A stretch of DNA of 63,742 nt, filler included, from Octopus bimaculoides (Eukaryota), in the NCBI RefSeq assembly GCF_001194135.2. It is 6 parts of 6 records of this genome, joined end to end, with 100 filler letters (N's around TTAATTAATTAA, not from the genome) between each part and the next. Parts side by side here need not be neighbours in the genome. Positions count along the whole stretch, not along the records: positions 37,681 to 41,943 come from NC_068994.1; positions 42,044 to 46,543 come from NC_069004.1; positions 46,644 to 60,573 come from NC_069002.1; 3 more parts are not named here. One strand, 5' to 3'. Each line of letters opens with the position of its first letter. Positions within the stretch are counted from its first letter, which is position 1. Below are positions 39,240 to 53,265 of this stretch, one piece after another. The notes beneath the pieces were generated by a model. It saw nothing but the letters and a program-made list of their open reading frames with translations, had not been told where the DNA came from and searched no databases. Both the position numbers and the translations under genes were made by a program.

Positions 39240-40463
39240 CTGCGTACAAATTGGATATTGATAGTAAGAATTTATTGCATTCTATTTCTGCTTTCCAGAG
39301 GAGCTTAATGATAGCTGATATTTTGCCAACTTTGGAGGGTTTTTTTTTTTAGCCCTAACTTCAAGAAACCATTGACTTCAGCTATTTCTGTTTCCTTCAG
39401 CGACAGCCATCATCATCATCATAATTTAATATTGATCTTCCACGCTGGTACATATTAGATACTTTGACAGAATCTGGTAAGCTTGGAGGACTGCTCCAAG
39501 CTCTAATGTCTGCATTGGTATAGTTTCTATGGTGGGATGTCCTAAACAAATATTTGCACTTTATTCTATGTATTGAGTTCTTTGCCTTCAATTGTAGTTC
39601 GTTCAGTCTGTGCAGTATTGATATGATAGATTGAAGCTCTGCACTATGGATGCCACATGTGTAATCCAGAGGTTTTATGCCATAGATGCTGTCTGTATGC
39701 CTGAGATATTTCTTCTGAGATGCAGAGGTGCCCTTATTCGTAAAGATGATATCAATAGAGCAGAAAAGGTAACCTTTATGCTACAATGGACATAGGATGT
39801 AATTCAAAGATTGTTTGGCTGCTATTTCCAACCGGTAAAGCAACAATATAAAAGTTTGCTCCAAATTACACAAAAATTACACTCTACTGTCTTCAAAAAT
39901 AAAAGGGAAATGTTGAATAATCTAGGATACACTATATCTGGTTGGATGGTCATGGCTGGTAACCTTTGATCCTCATTAACTAGGATCTAAGTAATTGCAA
40001 CACTATTGGAGGCCACTATGGGTCACCATGACTGCCTTTGCATGGTCACCTACCTTGCTAGATCTAGCAGTTAAATCTCAAACCACACCTTACTGTCTTC
40101 AAAAGGACAGAACTCATAGCATAATGTAGTCTTGGATATAATATTTCTGCAGGTAACGAGGCGATAGACATGGCTGGAATGCCTTTGGTTATAGGTGTGT
40201 TGCATCTGGGCTAACAATAACAATTACAGCATGTTGCCGATATTTTACTAGATTTTAACAAAATGTTCATTAAATTTAAAATAAATAATACATAGACAAA
40301 ATCTGTTCCTGTTAGAAATACCATCAAAGGATTAATGTTCTCACCTGCCACAGACTCTACATGATAGGAATATCTGTTTGATATATTCGTATATCATTAC
40401 AATTCATACATCAATAGATATGATATATCTTGTAATATTATTAATATATGTTATGTATTCTAT

Positions 40464-40575
40464 TAAACATCAATATATAGGTTATATATTATAATAGCAA
40501 AATAATATCAAATATCAATATATATATATATATATGTTACAAATTGTAATATCATATATATTGCAATATCAAGTA

Positions 40576-40616
<41 letters not shown>

Positions 40617-41394
40617 ATTCTTTTATTCTTTCACTTGTTTCAGTCATTTGACTGCAGCCATGCTGGAGCACATACGCATATANNNNNNNNNNNNNNNNNN
40701 NNNNNNNNNNNNNNNNNNNNNNNNNNNNNNNNNNNNNNNNNNNNNNNNNNNNNNNNNNNNNNNNNNNNNNNNNNNNNNNNNNNNNNNNNNNNNNNNNNNN
40801 NNNNNNNNNNNNNNNNNNNNNNNNNNNNNNNNNNNNNNNNNNNNNNNNNNNNNNNNNNNNNNNNNNNNNNNNNNNNNNNNNNNNNNNNNNNNNNNNNNNN
40901 NNNNNNNNNNNNNNNNNNNNNNNNNNNNNNNNNNNNNNNNNNNNNNNNNNNNNNNNNNNNNNNNNNNNNNNNNNNNNNNNNNNNNNNNNNNNNNNNNNNN
41001 NNNNNNNNNNNNNNNNNNNNNNNNNNNNNNNNNNNNNNNNNNNNNNNNNNNNNNNNNNNNNNNNNNNNNNNNNNNNNNNNNNNNNNNNNNNNNNNNNNNN
41101 NNNNNNNNNNNNNNNNNNNNNNNNNNNNNNNNNNNNNNNNNNNNNNNNNNNNNNNNNNNNNNNNNNNNNNNNNNNNNNNNNNNNNNNNNNNNNNNNNNNN
41201 NNNNNNNNNNNNNNNNNNNNNNNNNNNNNNNNNNNNNNNNNNNNNNNNNNNNNNNNNNNNNNNNNNNNNNNNNNNNNNNNNNNNNNNNNNNNNNNNNNNN
41301 NNNNNNNNNNNNNNNNNNNNNNNNNNNNNNNNNNNNNNNNNNNNNNNNNNNNNNNNNNNNNNNNNNNNNNNNNNNNNNNNNNNNNNNNNNNNNN

Positions 41395-41438
<44 letters not shown>

Positions 41439-41617
41439 TGTGCTCCAGCATGGTTGCAGTCAAATGACAAACAAGTGAAAGAATAAAAGAATACATACAC
41501 AAACACACACAGATACTTGATATTGCAATATATATAATATTACAATTTGTAACATATATATATAGATATTTGATATTATTTTGATATTATAATATATAAC
41601 CTATATATTGATGTTTA
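40464..41617. repeat. ~220-bp inverted repeat flanking a 712-nt N gap
   Basis: 40464-40682 is the reverse complement of 41395-41617, with small substitutions and microsatellite-length differences. Both arms run into (TA)n at the gap. Confidence 0.85.
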
Positions 41618-42089
41618 GATGTCACTGTAACCTTCTTAATCAAAAACTGCTGGATGTGTGTGAGGGCGGGGTGTGTGGGGTAGAGGAGAGATGGTGATGG
41701 TGGCAGTGGTTGTGGTGCTAGTGTGGTCATAAAGTGTGGTGTGGCCATGGTGGTGTTGATGTTAGTGCTGTAGTGGTTGTGATTTGATGGTAGTGGTGGG
41801 GGTGGATATGATAGTAGTGTGGTTGGTGTTTGTGTAAGTGCATTGTGAAAGTGAAAGTGCGATAGTTGTTGTTGCTGTTGTTTTGCCCCAGGTCAGTCAG
41901 CCCAGGTCAAGCAGATCTAAGATTAAAAGACATTCCAGATGTGNNNNNNNNNNNNNNNNNNNNNNNNNNNNNNNNNNNNNNNNNNNNTTAATTAATTAAN
42001 NNNNNNNNNNNNNNNNNNNNNNNNNNNNNNNNNNNNNNNNNNNTATATATATATATATATGTATATATGTACATACATACATATATTCA

Positions 42090-42124
<35 letters not shown>

Positions 42125-43300
42125 GCGGCGTTTCTTCCGTCAACAGTTCTGAAATGGACTCGAAGACCTTAAGCACGTCTCTGTAGAAAATCAAATTACA
42201 CAGGAGCAAAAGAGAAGAGCATAGAGTAGATTAGTGTCAGCTTAGCTGTATGTATGTTTGTCTTGCTAAGCAATTGTTCACTTGGATAGACGCAATCCTC
42301 TTAAAGCATAGCTTAAACATCGATTGACACCTAGTATCTCATATGTATATATATGTGTGTATGTATGTCTGATTCATCCTCGATATCTTTATCGGTTTAT
42401 TTATCCAACTATGCTTGTATTTACCCAAATATGTCTGTATTTATCCGTCTGTCTCTCTGTGTGTATATTTAGGAATATATGTATATCTGCGTATACGTGT
42501 GTGAGTGAGTGTGTGCGTGCGTGTTGTGTGTGTGTGACTCTGTATGTGTGTGTGTGCCTCCAGCTATCTTCGTATTGATCTGTCGATTTATCTCGATACG
42601 CCTTTTCATATACAGTTATATATATATATATATATATATNNNNNNNNNNNNNNNNNNNNNNNNNNNNNNNNNNNNNNNNNNNNNNNNNNNNNNNNNNNNN
42701 NNNNNNNNNNNNNNNNNNNNNNNNNNNNNNNNNNNNNNNNNNNNNNNNNNNNNNNNNNNNNNNNNNNNNNNNNNNNNNNNNNNNNNNNNNNNNNNNNNNN
42801 NNNNNNNNNNNNNNNNNNNNNNNNNNNNNNNNNNNNNNNNNNNNNNNNNNNNNNNNNNNNNNNNNNNNNNNNNNNNNNNNNNNNNNNNNNNNNNNNNNNN
42901 NNNNNNNNNNNNNNNNNNNNNNNNNNNNNNNNNNNNNNNNNNNNNNNNNNNNNNNNNNNNNNNNNNNNNNNNNNNNNNNNNNNNNNNNNNNNNNNNNNNN
43001 NNNNNNNNNNNNNNNNNNNNNNNNNNNNNNNNNNNNNNNNNNNNNNNNNNNNNNNNNNNNNNNNNNNNNNNNNNNNNNNNNNNNNNNNNNNNNNNNNNNN
43101 NNNNNNNNNNNNNNNNNNNNNNNNNNNNNNNNNNNNNNNNNNNNNNNNNNNNNNNNNNNNNNNNNNNNNNNNNNNNNNNNNNNNNNNNNNNNNNNNNNNN
43201 NNNNNNNNNNNNNNNNNNNNNNNNNNNNNNNNNNNNNNNNNNNNNNNNNNNNNNNNNNNNNNNNNNNNNNNNNNNNNNNNNNNNATATATATATATAGGG

Positions 43301-43341
<41 letters not shown>

Positions 43342-43764
43342 TACATACAGACACATATATAAATATTCATACAGACACACATATATATAAATACACATAC
43401 ATACAGACACACATGCATAGATATGAAGGGACAAATTGCAAAACGGCAACGTAATAGTAGATCTACTTGTTTCCAGAACTTACCCTAATGACACAAAGTT
43501 GTATCTAAACTGTAGATAAAACGAGAAAAGAAAAAGTGCAGTAACTACTTTACAAATCGATAAATTGTGTTAGTTTGTCTCTGAGCTGAAGCAACGCCAA
43601 TAACGCCATTCTATAACAACCTTAAATAATCTAATGCTGTAATGCTTTTAGTCCTTCGCACAAAACTACTATGAAATTATAGCCTTCTGAAATATATATA
43701 ATCATGGTAATAAGTACTTGCAGCAACCGAACAGAGTTTTACCAAACTTGGCCACAATACTTAC

Positions 43765-43845
43765 TGTGTTTGCCTTTGTATTTTCAATCACGAAATATTC
43801 CAGTTTGTATCCCTCACCCTGTGCAGCATCTACGTGACTGGTGGG
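43765..43845 (-). CDS. Cadherin-domain gene, internal exon: PTSHVDAAQGEGYKLEYFVIENTKANT
   Basis: Acceptor tttatttccatctag, strong donor ACA|gtaagt, 81 nt open, phase 0/0, matching the phase-0 end of the previous exon. YKLEYFV fits the Y-x-L-x-V F-strand that follows LDRE in cadherin repeats. Confidence 0.75.
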
Positions 43846-44214
43846 CTAGATGGAAATAAAGATCCTCAAAACGGAGACGGGACGGAGTCCAAATTGTTAC
43901 TAGGCGGAGGCTGTGGTGAGGATGGTGGTGGCGTATTTACTGGGTGATGCTTTAAATGTATCACACTGCCGGCCAAGATATACAGTTAACTCTGTACATG
44001 AATCGAAACCGTGATGAAATTCCATAATTGAGTGTAATACCCTAGTCAAAAGTTCACGCGCGTGTATAATGGTATATCAATTGCATATCAATGGCAATTC
44101 CGTACAATATTGGAAGCAGAAACAGCTGTTAGATGAGATGCAGTCTATTTGCATTGAATTAATGAATAACGATTGATGTAAGTCAATTGCTGTTCATCAG
44201 TACTTATCCATTTT

Positions 44215-44555
44215 CTGTTTTCTTTAAATTTCTGTTTTAAGCTCCCCTTTCTCTTTTCGGTCTAACACAGAAATATCCTTAAAGAGCATATCTAACCCCG
44301 CCTGTATTCTTTTTTTCCACCATGAATCTTTTCTTTTGTCACTCCCATTATATTTCTTTTTCTTGAAATCAACACCCACATTTTCTGCTACAACAATACT
44401 CGCTGCTTTGATCAAATTATTTGTTTTGGTGATGTTTTTTGTTCTGTTGTATTTCAGAATTTCATTCACACTTTTCTTTTCTTGGTTCAATTGGCACCGA
44501 TCAACCTTTTTAAGGTTGCAACTCATGTCGCTATCGTTCTACTGTAGCCTTGCCT
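44215..44555 (-). mobile_element. R4/Dong-like LINE ORF N-terminal fragment next to (TAA)n
   Basis: NITKTNNLIKAASIVVAENVG...DSWWKKRIQ..LDMLFKDISVL resembles the WWKRRI region ahead of the RT in R4/Dong elements, and it abuts an (ATT)n array. Confidence 0.7.
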
Positions 44556-44582
44556 TTATTATTATTATTATTATTATTATTA

Positions 44583-44648
<66 letters not shown>

Positions 44649-46472
44649 GTTCAGTAATTTTATTTTTATAACGTGCTTTCACTTCACTNNNNNNNNNNNN
44701 NNNNNNNNNNNNNNNNNNNNNNNNNNNNNNNNNNNNNNNNNNNNNNNNNNNNNNNNNNNNNNNNNNNNNNNNNNNNNNNNNNNNNNNNNNNNNNNNNNNN
44801 NNNNNNNNNNNNNNNNNNNNNNNNNNNNNNNNNNNNNNNNNNNNNNNNNNNNNNNNNNNNNNNNNNNNNNNNNNNNNNNNNNNNNNNNNNNNNNNNNNNN
44901 NNNNNNNNNNNNNNNNNNNNNNNNNNNNNNNNNNNNNNNNNNNNNNNNNNNNNNNNNNNNNNNNNNNNNNNNNNNNNNNNNNNNNNNNNNNNNNNNNNNN
45001 NNNNNNNNNNNNNNNNNNNNNNNNNNNNNNNNNNNNNNNNNNNNNNNNNNNNNNNNNNNNNNNNNNNNNNNNNNNNNNNNNNNNNNNNNNNNNNNNNNNN
45101 NNNNNNNNNNNNNNNNNNNNNNNNNNNNNNNNNNNNNNNNNNNNNNNNNNNNNNNNNNNNNNNNNNNNNNNNNNNNNNNNNNNNNNNNNNNNNNNNNNNN
45201 NNNNNNNNNNNNNNNNNNNNNNNNNNNNNNNNNNNNNNNNNNNNNNNNNNNNNNNNNNNNNNNNNNNNNNNNNNNNNNNNNNNNNNNNNNNNNNNNNNNN
45301 NNNNNNNNNNNNNNNNNNNNNNNNNNNNNNNNNNNNNNNNNNNNNNNNNNNNNNNNNNNNNNNNNNNNNNNNNNNNNNNNNNNNNNNNNNNNNNNNNNNN
45401 NNNNNNNNNNNNNNNNNNNNNNNNNNNNNNNNNNNNNNNNNNNNNNNNNNNNNNNNNNNNNNNNNNNNNNNNNNNNNNNNNNNNNNNNNNNNNNNNNNNN
45501 NNNNNNNNNNNNNNNNNNNNNNNNNNNNNNNNNNNNNNNNNNNNNNNNNNNNNNNNNNNNNNNNNNNNNNNNNNNNNNNNNNNNNNNNNNNNNNNNNNNN
45601 NNNNNNNNNNNNNNNNNNNNNNNNNNNNNNNTATAGCGACGATCTGTTGTTTCATGCGCTCTTTGATTCTGGAAAGTTATTGATTGATTCTGCTATATAT
45701 ATATATACATATATATACATATTTTAGTATTATCTTTCTCATTTTCAATTGTGTTTGTAAGCGATTACTTTCATTGGGGATCGTTTCTCATATTTTCTTT
45801 CATGATTTTCAATATATTTATCCTACATAATTGTTTCCTTCATCGTTTGGTCGGCTCTTGATTTTTCTATCAGTAACTTCTTATAGGGAAGTAAACACCT
45901 TCCCGCGTATGTTATTTTGGTTATAATAGTCATAATGATTTTCGTATCTGTTTTCATTAAGTCTGTGCTGTATAGTTTCACGTCTCTTTTTTTGCTGAAA
46001 TTTTATCGCTGGCATTTCGTCCATCTTATAACCTTCCGAGTTCAAATTTCGTCGAGGTCGACTTTGTCTTTTATCCTTTTGGGATCGATAAAAGAAGTAC
46101 AGTTGAGCTCTAGGGGTTGATGTACTCAACTTACCCACTTCCTGAAATTGCTGGCCTTTTACCAAAATTTAAAACCGATACTCTGGATATACATTCGTTG
46201 GTCCATCGAAAAAGGTTTTGATTGTAATTCAAATATTTTTAGTTTATGATTATTATGATCATTAGGGTGGCCAGCTGGCAGAATCGTTAGTAAGCCGGAT
46301 GAAACACTTAGCAGCATTTCATCCGCCTTTACAGCTTCTGTTCAAATTCCGCCGAGGATGACTTTGCCTTTCATTCGTTCAGACTCGAAGAAATATGATC
46401 CCAGCTGATAGGCGATGCGATCGGCTATCCTATTCCCCCCAAGTTGCAGACCTTCGGCTTATAGCAGAAAGA

Positions 46473-46543
<71 letters not shown>

Positions 46544-46720
46544 NNNNNNNNNNNNNNNNNNNNNNNNNNNNNNNNNNNNNNNNNNNNTTAATTAATTAAN
46601 NNNNNNNNNNNNNNNNNNNNNNNNNNNNNNNNNNNNNNNNNNNTATATATATATATATATAAAAGATATGATATATATATACACACACACATATATACAC
46701 ATATATATATGTATATTCAT

Positions 46721-46752
<32 letters not shown>

Positions 46753-47445
46753 TGGATGCCTTTTTGATAGTTTTTAGATTATATTAGTTGTTTTTCTCTT
46801 TCGATACATTTCATTCAAACTAATATTGATAAAATATTTTAACCCGATATCATTATTATTTTTCAATAATCTCGTATTTATTGCATGCTCTCAATGTAAC
46901 ATTGAACGCTGCTGACTGCATCTTGGGATGAAGCATTTTTCATTTTCTTCTTGCTATTGTATATTGTCTTCTGTGTTTTCTACAGTAGTCAAAGACGTCT
47001 ACCTAACATGTATGAAGCAGCTAGTTCTGTCACTTTTTGTCGCTAGGTCCTTCCATAGGTAGAGTCAAAGACTCTTTCCAATGCCACGCTAAAACTTTGC
47101 TGTAAATAATCAGTTATTTAATCTGCACTGGTACCACCTGTCCGTATCTACTAACACAAGTGACCCACTTGCATTCAACAGGAGTTTATTGGCGAATTGT
47201 GGTGATGCAACTTGGCACCATTGTCATAGAAATCACTTCTGTCAGAATGCAAAGATTAGGAACTGGTAATGCAAGTGGCCACCCGCCCCTTAGTCCTGAC
47301 AGTTCTGCTTATCCCATCGCCTTAATTCACTTATTGTTTAGTGTTATATTAGTGTCATGCCTGTATTAATTTTGTGATTCTTCTATGGCTTAGAAGTATT
47401 TTGACTTCTATTTTCAGCAAAGCAGATGCTTATGTAGTACCCTAG

Positions 47446-47478
<33 letters not shown>

Positions 47479-47992
47479 AATTTGCCTATCGGCTGTAAGC
47501 TTGCGGCCACCAACGATATTATTTTTAGAAATAATATCGCTCTTATATATATATATATATATATCTGGCTGTCCGTTGGTTACGATGATGAGGTTCTCAG
47601 TTGATTCGATCAACGGAAAAGTCGATTCGTAAAATTAACGTGCAAGTGGTTGAGTGCTCAACAGACATGTGAACCTTTAAAATAGTTCTCAGGTAGATTC
47701 AGTGTGACAAAGAATGTGACAATGCTGGCCGTTTGAATTACAGGCACTGCGCATATTTGCCACCTGAGTAAACTGGAGCAAGGTGAAATATAATGTCTTG
47801 CTCAGTGGAACCACTGTGTATCGAACTCTCAACTTTACTATTGTGAGCAGAATAGCCTAACCACAACGCCACGCGTCTTCATAGTAAGAGAAAAAAAAAA
47901 CAAAAAAGACAAAAGAAAATAGCATAGAAACACAGATGCTGAAAAAACAAAAGAAGAAAAAATACAAAAAAGGAAAAGAGAGAAAGAATTAC

Positions 47993-48159
47993 CCAGTCTC
48001 GATCCAACGGTGTGGCCAATAATATATTTACGGCCCTCCCTGTCTTACTGGATCCCGTTGGTTTGCTGAGGTTAACTAATTTACCGCCACTCTGAACAAA
48101 AAACTCTAATTCTCTGGGACCGTCTTTATCTCTCGCTGTAATCACGCCGATTTTATCTC
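47993..48159 (-). CDS. Cadherin-domain gene, internal exon: (G)DKIGVITARDKDGPRELEFFVQSGGKLVNLSKPTGSSKTGRAVNILLATPLDRDW
   Basis: Acceptor tttctgtcgttgtgtcttcag, donor TGG|gtaatt, 167 nt, phase 1/0. Contains the cadherin A-x-D-x-D and L-D-R-D/E calcium-binding motifs. Lies within track ORF 47879-48202. Confidence 0.9.
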
Positions 48160-48742
48160 CTGAAGACACAACGACAGAAATGTTAGGTGAGAGGTGAAGC
48201 AATTAATATGAGAATAATAATAATAATAATAATGGTAATAATGATGACGATGACGATGATGGAGGTTAAGAGTTGTTATTTCTATATCCATGGAGGATGT
48301 GTGTATGTGGAATGATCAAATGGTAAATGTCTTTAGGACTGGCAGACTTTAGGACTTATAGAAATATGCATAATTCTATCAATGAGAGTGGAATATCGAA
48401 ATTGTGTTGGAATATCAAAAGTTCAGAATCTAAAGCTTTTAGACAGGAATTTCCTGATACCAAAACTAATTGACTATCAAGAATAAAATATGTCTGATAT
48501 TTTCGTGTTAGATACACAAACACAAACACACAAACAAACAAAAACTCACACACACGCACGCACATATAACAACACACAAACATATTCTTCACTCATATTC
48601 GTATCACTGTATAAATGTATATACATATACATATATATGCATATATATACACATATATATATGTATATGTGTATATATAGATATGTACGTGTGTATTTGT
48701 ATATATATATATATATACATATATATACAATTACACATATAT

Positions 48743-48806
<64 letters not shown>

Positions 48807-49057
48807 ATGTGTAATTGTATATATATGTTTAAAATACAGACATGTATCTATATATTTACATATAATTATGAATATAGATTTTGTAGACATATGCATAAAC
48901 ACTCATATATACGCATATGGTTATACAGATACACTCACATAGCCATTATACAGACTTGTGTATATACTTTGGTACGCACATGAACTTCGACACACCCCAC
49001 AAATATATGCATGTATATATGTATATATATATGTATATATATATGTATATATATGTG

Positions 49058-49128
<71 letters not shown>

Positions 49129-50429
49129 GTATACACGTATACACAAACACAATACACATTTGTACCTACACCCGCTACATTGAAACTGCTTTAACAACGA
49201 AAAGAAGAACAACCAAAAAAATATCGAAAACAAAATAAGTTGTGATTACAAAATATACTATAAAAAAAAAAGTTTGAGAAAAAAAATAAATTCCCCCAAA
49301 ACATTGTTCTAAAAAGTTATTAGAAATTTCCTTGAATTGTCTGTGATATGATCCAAAGTTGAATGAAGCAGCGAATCTGATAGAAGCCGGATCTTGGAGT
49401 GAACACAAGCAGAAATCATTGTTAATGGATATGGACCAGTGCTTACGAATCGGCTGGAGAAAACCGCCTGACCTGCAAACCGAAATCTTATTAAATCTGC
49501 CATCTTTTTTATATGTTGATATTTAATGTTTATTGTTTTTATTTACATTGTGTGTGTGTATGTGTGAGGTTATGTGTGTGAGGATGTGTGTGTGAGGATG
49601 TGTGTGCGAGTGTATGCGTGTCGTGTCGCTTCTTGCGTATATAGATGCGTTCAATTATTTGTATTTGTCTCCGTGTGTGTTGTGCGTATGTAAGTATATA
49701 TATGTGTGTATGTATGTTTATTCACACACGCGTGCGCACACACACAAACACACACACACAACACATATATAGGCACTCACATATACCAGTTGCTTGTTTG
49801 TTTTTCTGCGATTAGTTCAACGTATACTTCATATATATATATATATATATATATANNNNNNNNNNNNNNNNNNNNNNNNNNNNNNNNNNNNNNNNNNNNN
49901 NNNNNNNNNNNNNNNNNNNNNNNNNNNNNNNNNNNNNNNNNNNNNNNNNNNNNNNNNNNNNNNNNNNNNNNNNNNNNNNNNNNNNNNNNNNNNNNNNNNN
50001 NNNNNNNNNNNNNNNNNNNNNNNNNNNNNNNNNNNNNNNNNNNNNNNNNNNNNNNNNNNNNNNNNNNNNNNNNNNNNNNNNNNNNNNNNNNNNNNNNNNN
50101 NNNNNNNNNNNNNNNNNNNNNNNNNNNNNNNNNNNNNNNNNNNNNNNNNNNNNNNNNNNNNNTATATATGTATATATATATATCGATATATATTATATAT
50201 ATGCATATGTGGGTATGTCTTTGTATATGTATATGGTCATGTGAAAATATATAGAACTATGTGTATATACATATGGTGATGTTTATGAATAAATATATGA
50301 ATGTACGTGATGTAATCTATTGAAGGAAAACCAGCTGAATTTTCGGTTAATTGCGCAGTCAGAAATATTTCATATTTGAATTCTTTTCCAACTCACTGAA
50401 TTTTGCACCAAAGTGTAATATTTGCTATG

Positions 50430-51110
50430 GCTGCGATATTTATCTGTGATGTCTCCACTGTTTGTGACGTTTCTAACGTCTGCGATCTCACTACTGTCTG
50501 AGATTTATGATGTCTTTACTCTTTCTAATGTTTTGCGATGTCTGTGGCGTCTCTGCTGTTTCTCATATTTGTCACATTTGAGATGACTGCGACCTCTCTA
50601 CCGTCCGTGAAGATCTGATATTTCTACTGTTTCTGAAGTACGCGGTGTCCTTACTGCTTGTTAAATTTGCAAAGTTTGTGACGTCTCAACTTTCTGTTAT
50701 GTTTGTGACTTTTGTAAATTTGTGACGTCTCAACTTTTTGCTACGCATGTAACATTTGTAAAGTTTGTGACGTCTCAACTTTTTGTGACATTTGTGGTGT
50801 TTGTAAAGTTTCCGATGTCTTTATTGTTTCTGATGTCTGTGATATTTGTGATGCTTACGGTGTTTGTGACGTCGCTACTATTAATAATTTTTGTCACATT
50901 TGTGATGCAGGTGATGTCTTAAATGTTTCTGACGTTTGCAATGCTTTCACTCATAGTGATTTTATGATGCTTCTGATATGACATTTATGATGTTTGTGAA
51001 GTCAGTGATGATTATTCTGTTTGTGACGTTTATTAAAATTACGATGCTTATGACGTTATGATGTTATGATGTTATAAAGTTTGTAATGTTTGTGACGTCA
51101 GAAGGCTTTG
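50430..51110. repeat. Degenerate 9/18-bp minisatellite rich in TTTGTGACGT
   Basis: Recurring (t)ttgtgacgt(c/t)t, including three ~44-bp units at about 50663-50790. Stop codons interrupt the frames I translated on both strands. Confidence 0.75.
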
Positions 51111-52795
51111 TGAAGGTAAGGACATGCAGACAATCTAGTCGTTCATGACGCTAAAAACCACTGGGTAGTCATAACGGAATACCAGTGATTATATGAGGTC
51201 TGCGAGGAGCTAAACAACAACACCAATAAGAACAACAATAATGACTACAACACCAACGATGACAGCAACAACAAAATCTTCAATGACGTTTGCAGTCCTT
51301 TTCCACTCCTGTTTCTCTACTCCGCCTACTACCCTCTGGGATAACGCACCCTGCTCTTTAACGTGTTTGCCTCAGAAGTAGATCTTTCTTTAGAAGACTA
51401 TACAACCACCACGACCACTATCAATATCGTTACCATCATCACCGCCTACACCAGCAGCAGCAGCAGCAGCAGCAGCACCACCACCACCACCACCACCACC
51501 AGCACCACTAGCATAATCATCGCAACTACTANNNNNNNNNNNNNNNNNNNNNNNNNNNNNNNNNNNNNNNNNNNNNNNNNNNNNNNNNNNNNNNNNNNNN
51601 NNNNNNNNNNNNNNNNNNNNNNNNNNNNNNNNNNNNNNNNNNNNNNNNNNNNNNNNNNNNNNNNNNNNNNNNNNNNNNNNNNNNNNNNNNNNNNNNNNNN
51701 NNNNNNNNNNNNNNNNNNNNNNNNNNNNNNNNNNNNNNNNNNNNNNNNNNNNNNNNNNNNNNNNNNNNNNNNNNNNNNNNNNNNNNNNNNNNNNNNNNNN
51801 NNNNNNNNNNNNNNNNNNNNNNNNNNNNNNNNNNNNNNNNNNNNNNNNNNNNNNNNNNNNNNNNNNNNNNNNNNNNNNNNNNNNNNNNNNNNNNNNNNNN
51901 NNNNNNNNNNNNNNNNNNNNNNNNNNNNNNNNNNNNNNNNNNNNNNNNNNNNNNNNNNNNNNNNNNNNNNNNNNNNNNNNNNNNNNNNNNNNNNNNNNNN
52001 NNNNNNNNNNNNNNNNNNNNNNNNNNNNNCCTCTCTCTCCTTTTTGCTCTTCTAAACTTTGAATTATTAACTGCAGGATGAGCGTAATAAATATTTAATT
52101 TTCTTTTATAATATTTGGCACCTGTATGCTTGGAGAGTAGCTTTTGTTGTGGTAGCAGTTCAGTTGTGAGTAGAAGGAAGAGGAGGTCATTCAGAAGGAG
52201 AGGAGGAGGAGGAAGAAGAACAAGAAGAAGAAAAAGACGAAGGAGATGAAGAAGAGGAGGACGAAGAAGACGAAGAAGACGGGGTGGGGCGAAAACAAAT
52301 TTGTTGGGAGAAAAATTAAGATGGTAAAAAAAAAGGGAGACCTACCAACCGCCCAGCCGACCAACAAGCCAACCAACGAATTAACCAGCCGACCAACGAA
52401 CCAACCAGCCAGCCGACTAACCAAAAAATACTCCGCCAAAACAAAACACAAAAATAAAAGAACCAAAAATAAATAAATAAATAGATAAACGAAATAAAAT
52501 AAATAAACGCAAGCCCGACCATATTTTTGAGATATTTCGATATTCCAGTGCAATTAGTTGTGATAATAAAATATGTATGAGTCCCAGTGGAACATCAGAC
52601 AGCGTTTAACAGAATATGATGAGCTGCCGAGGATGGCCAAACTCATTCCAAATTCTGGCCATATATTTCATAACTTATAATTATAAAAAATAAATAAAAA
52701 CAACAGCAACGAATTTCTTTATTTCTTGACTTTTATAATTGTGACATATATTATTAACGTTGGTATTGCTGATGACATTATCATTATTTTTTTCA

Positions 52796-53265
<470 letters not shown>

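Noticed and set aside
39397-39780. 128-codon open frame on the minus strand
   Set aside because: Its 3' half is an antisense degraded SINE, and it has no recognisable domain.
42121-42180. Good minus-strand acceptor followed by DVLKVFESISELLTEETPP
   Set aside because: The phase is incompatible with the 43765 donor (phase 0 gives RRA-stop), and it runs into (TA)n with no donor.
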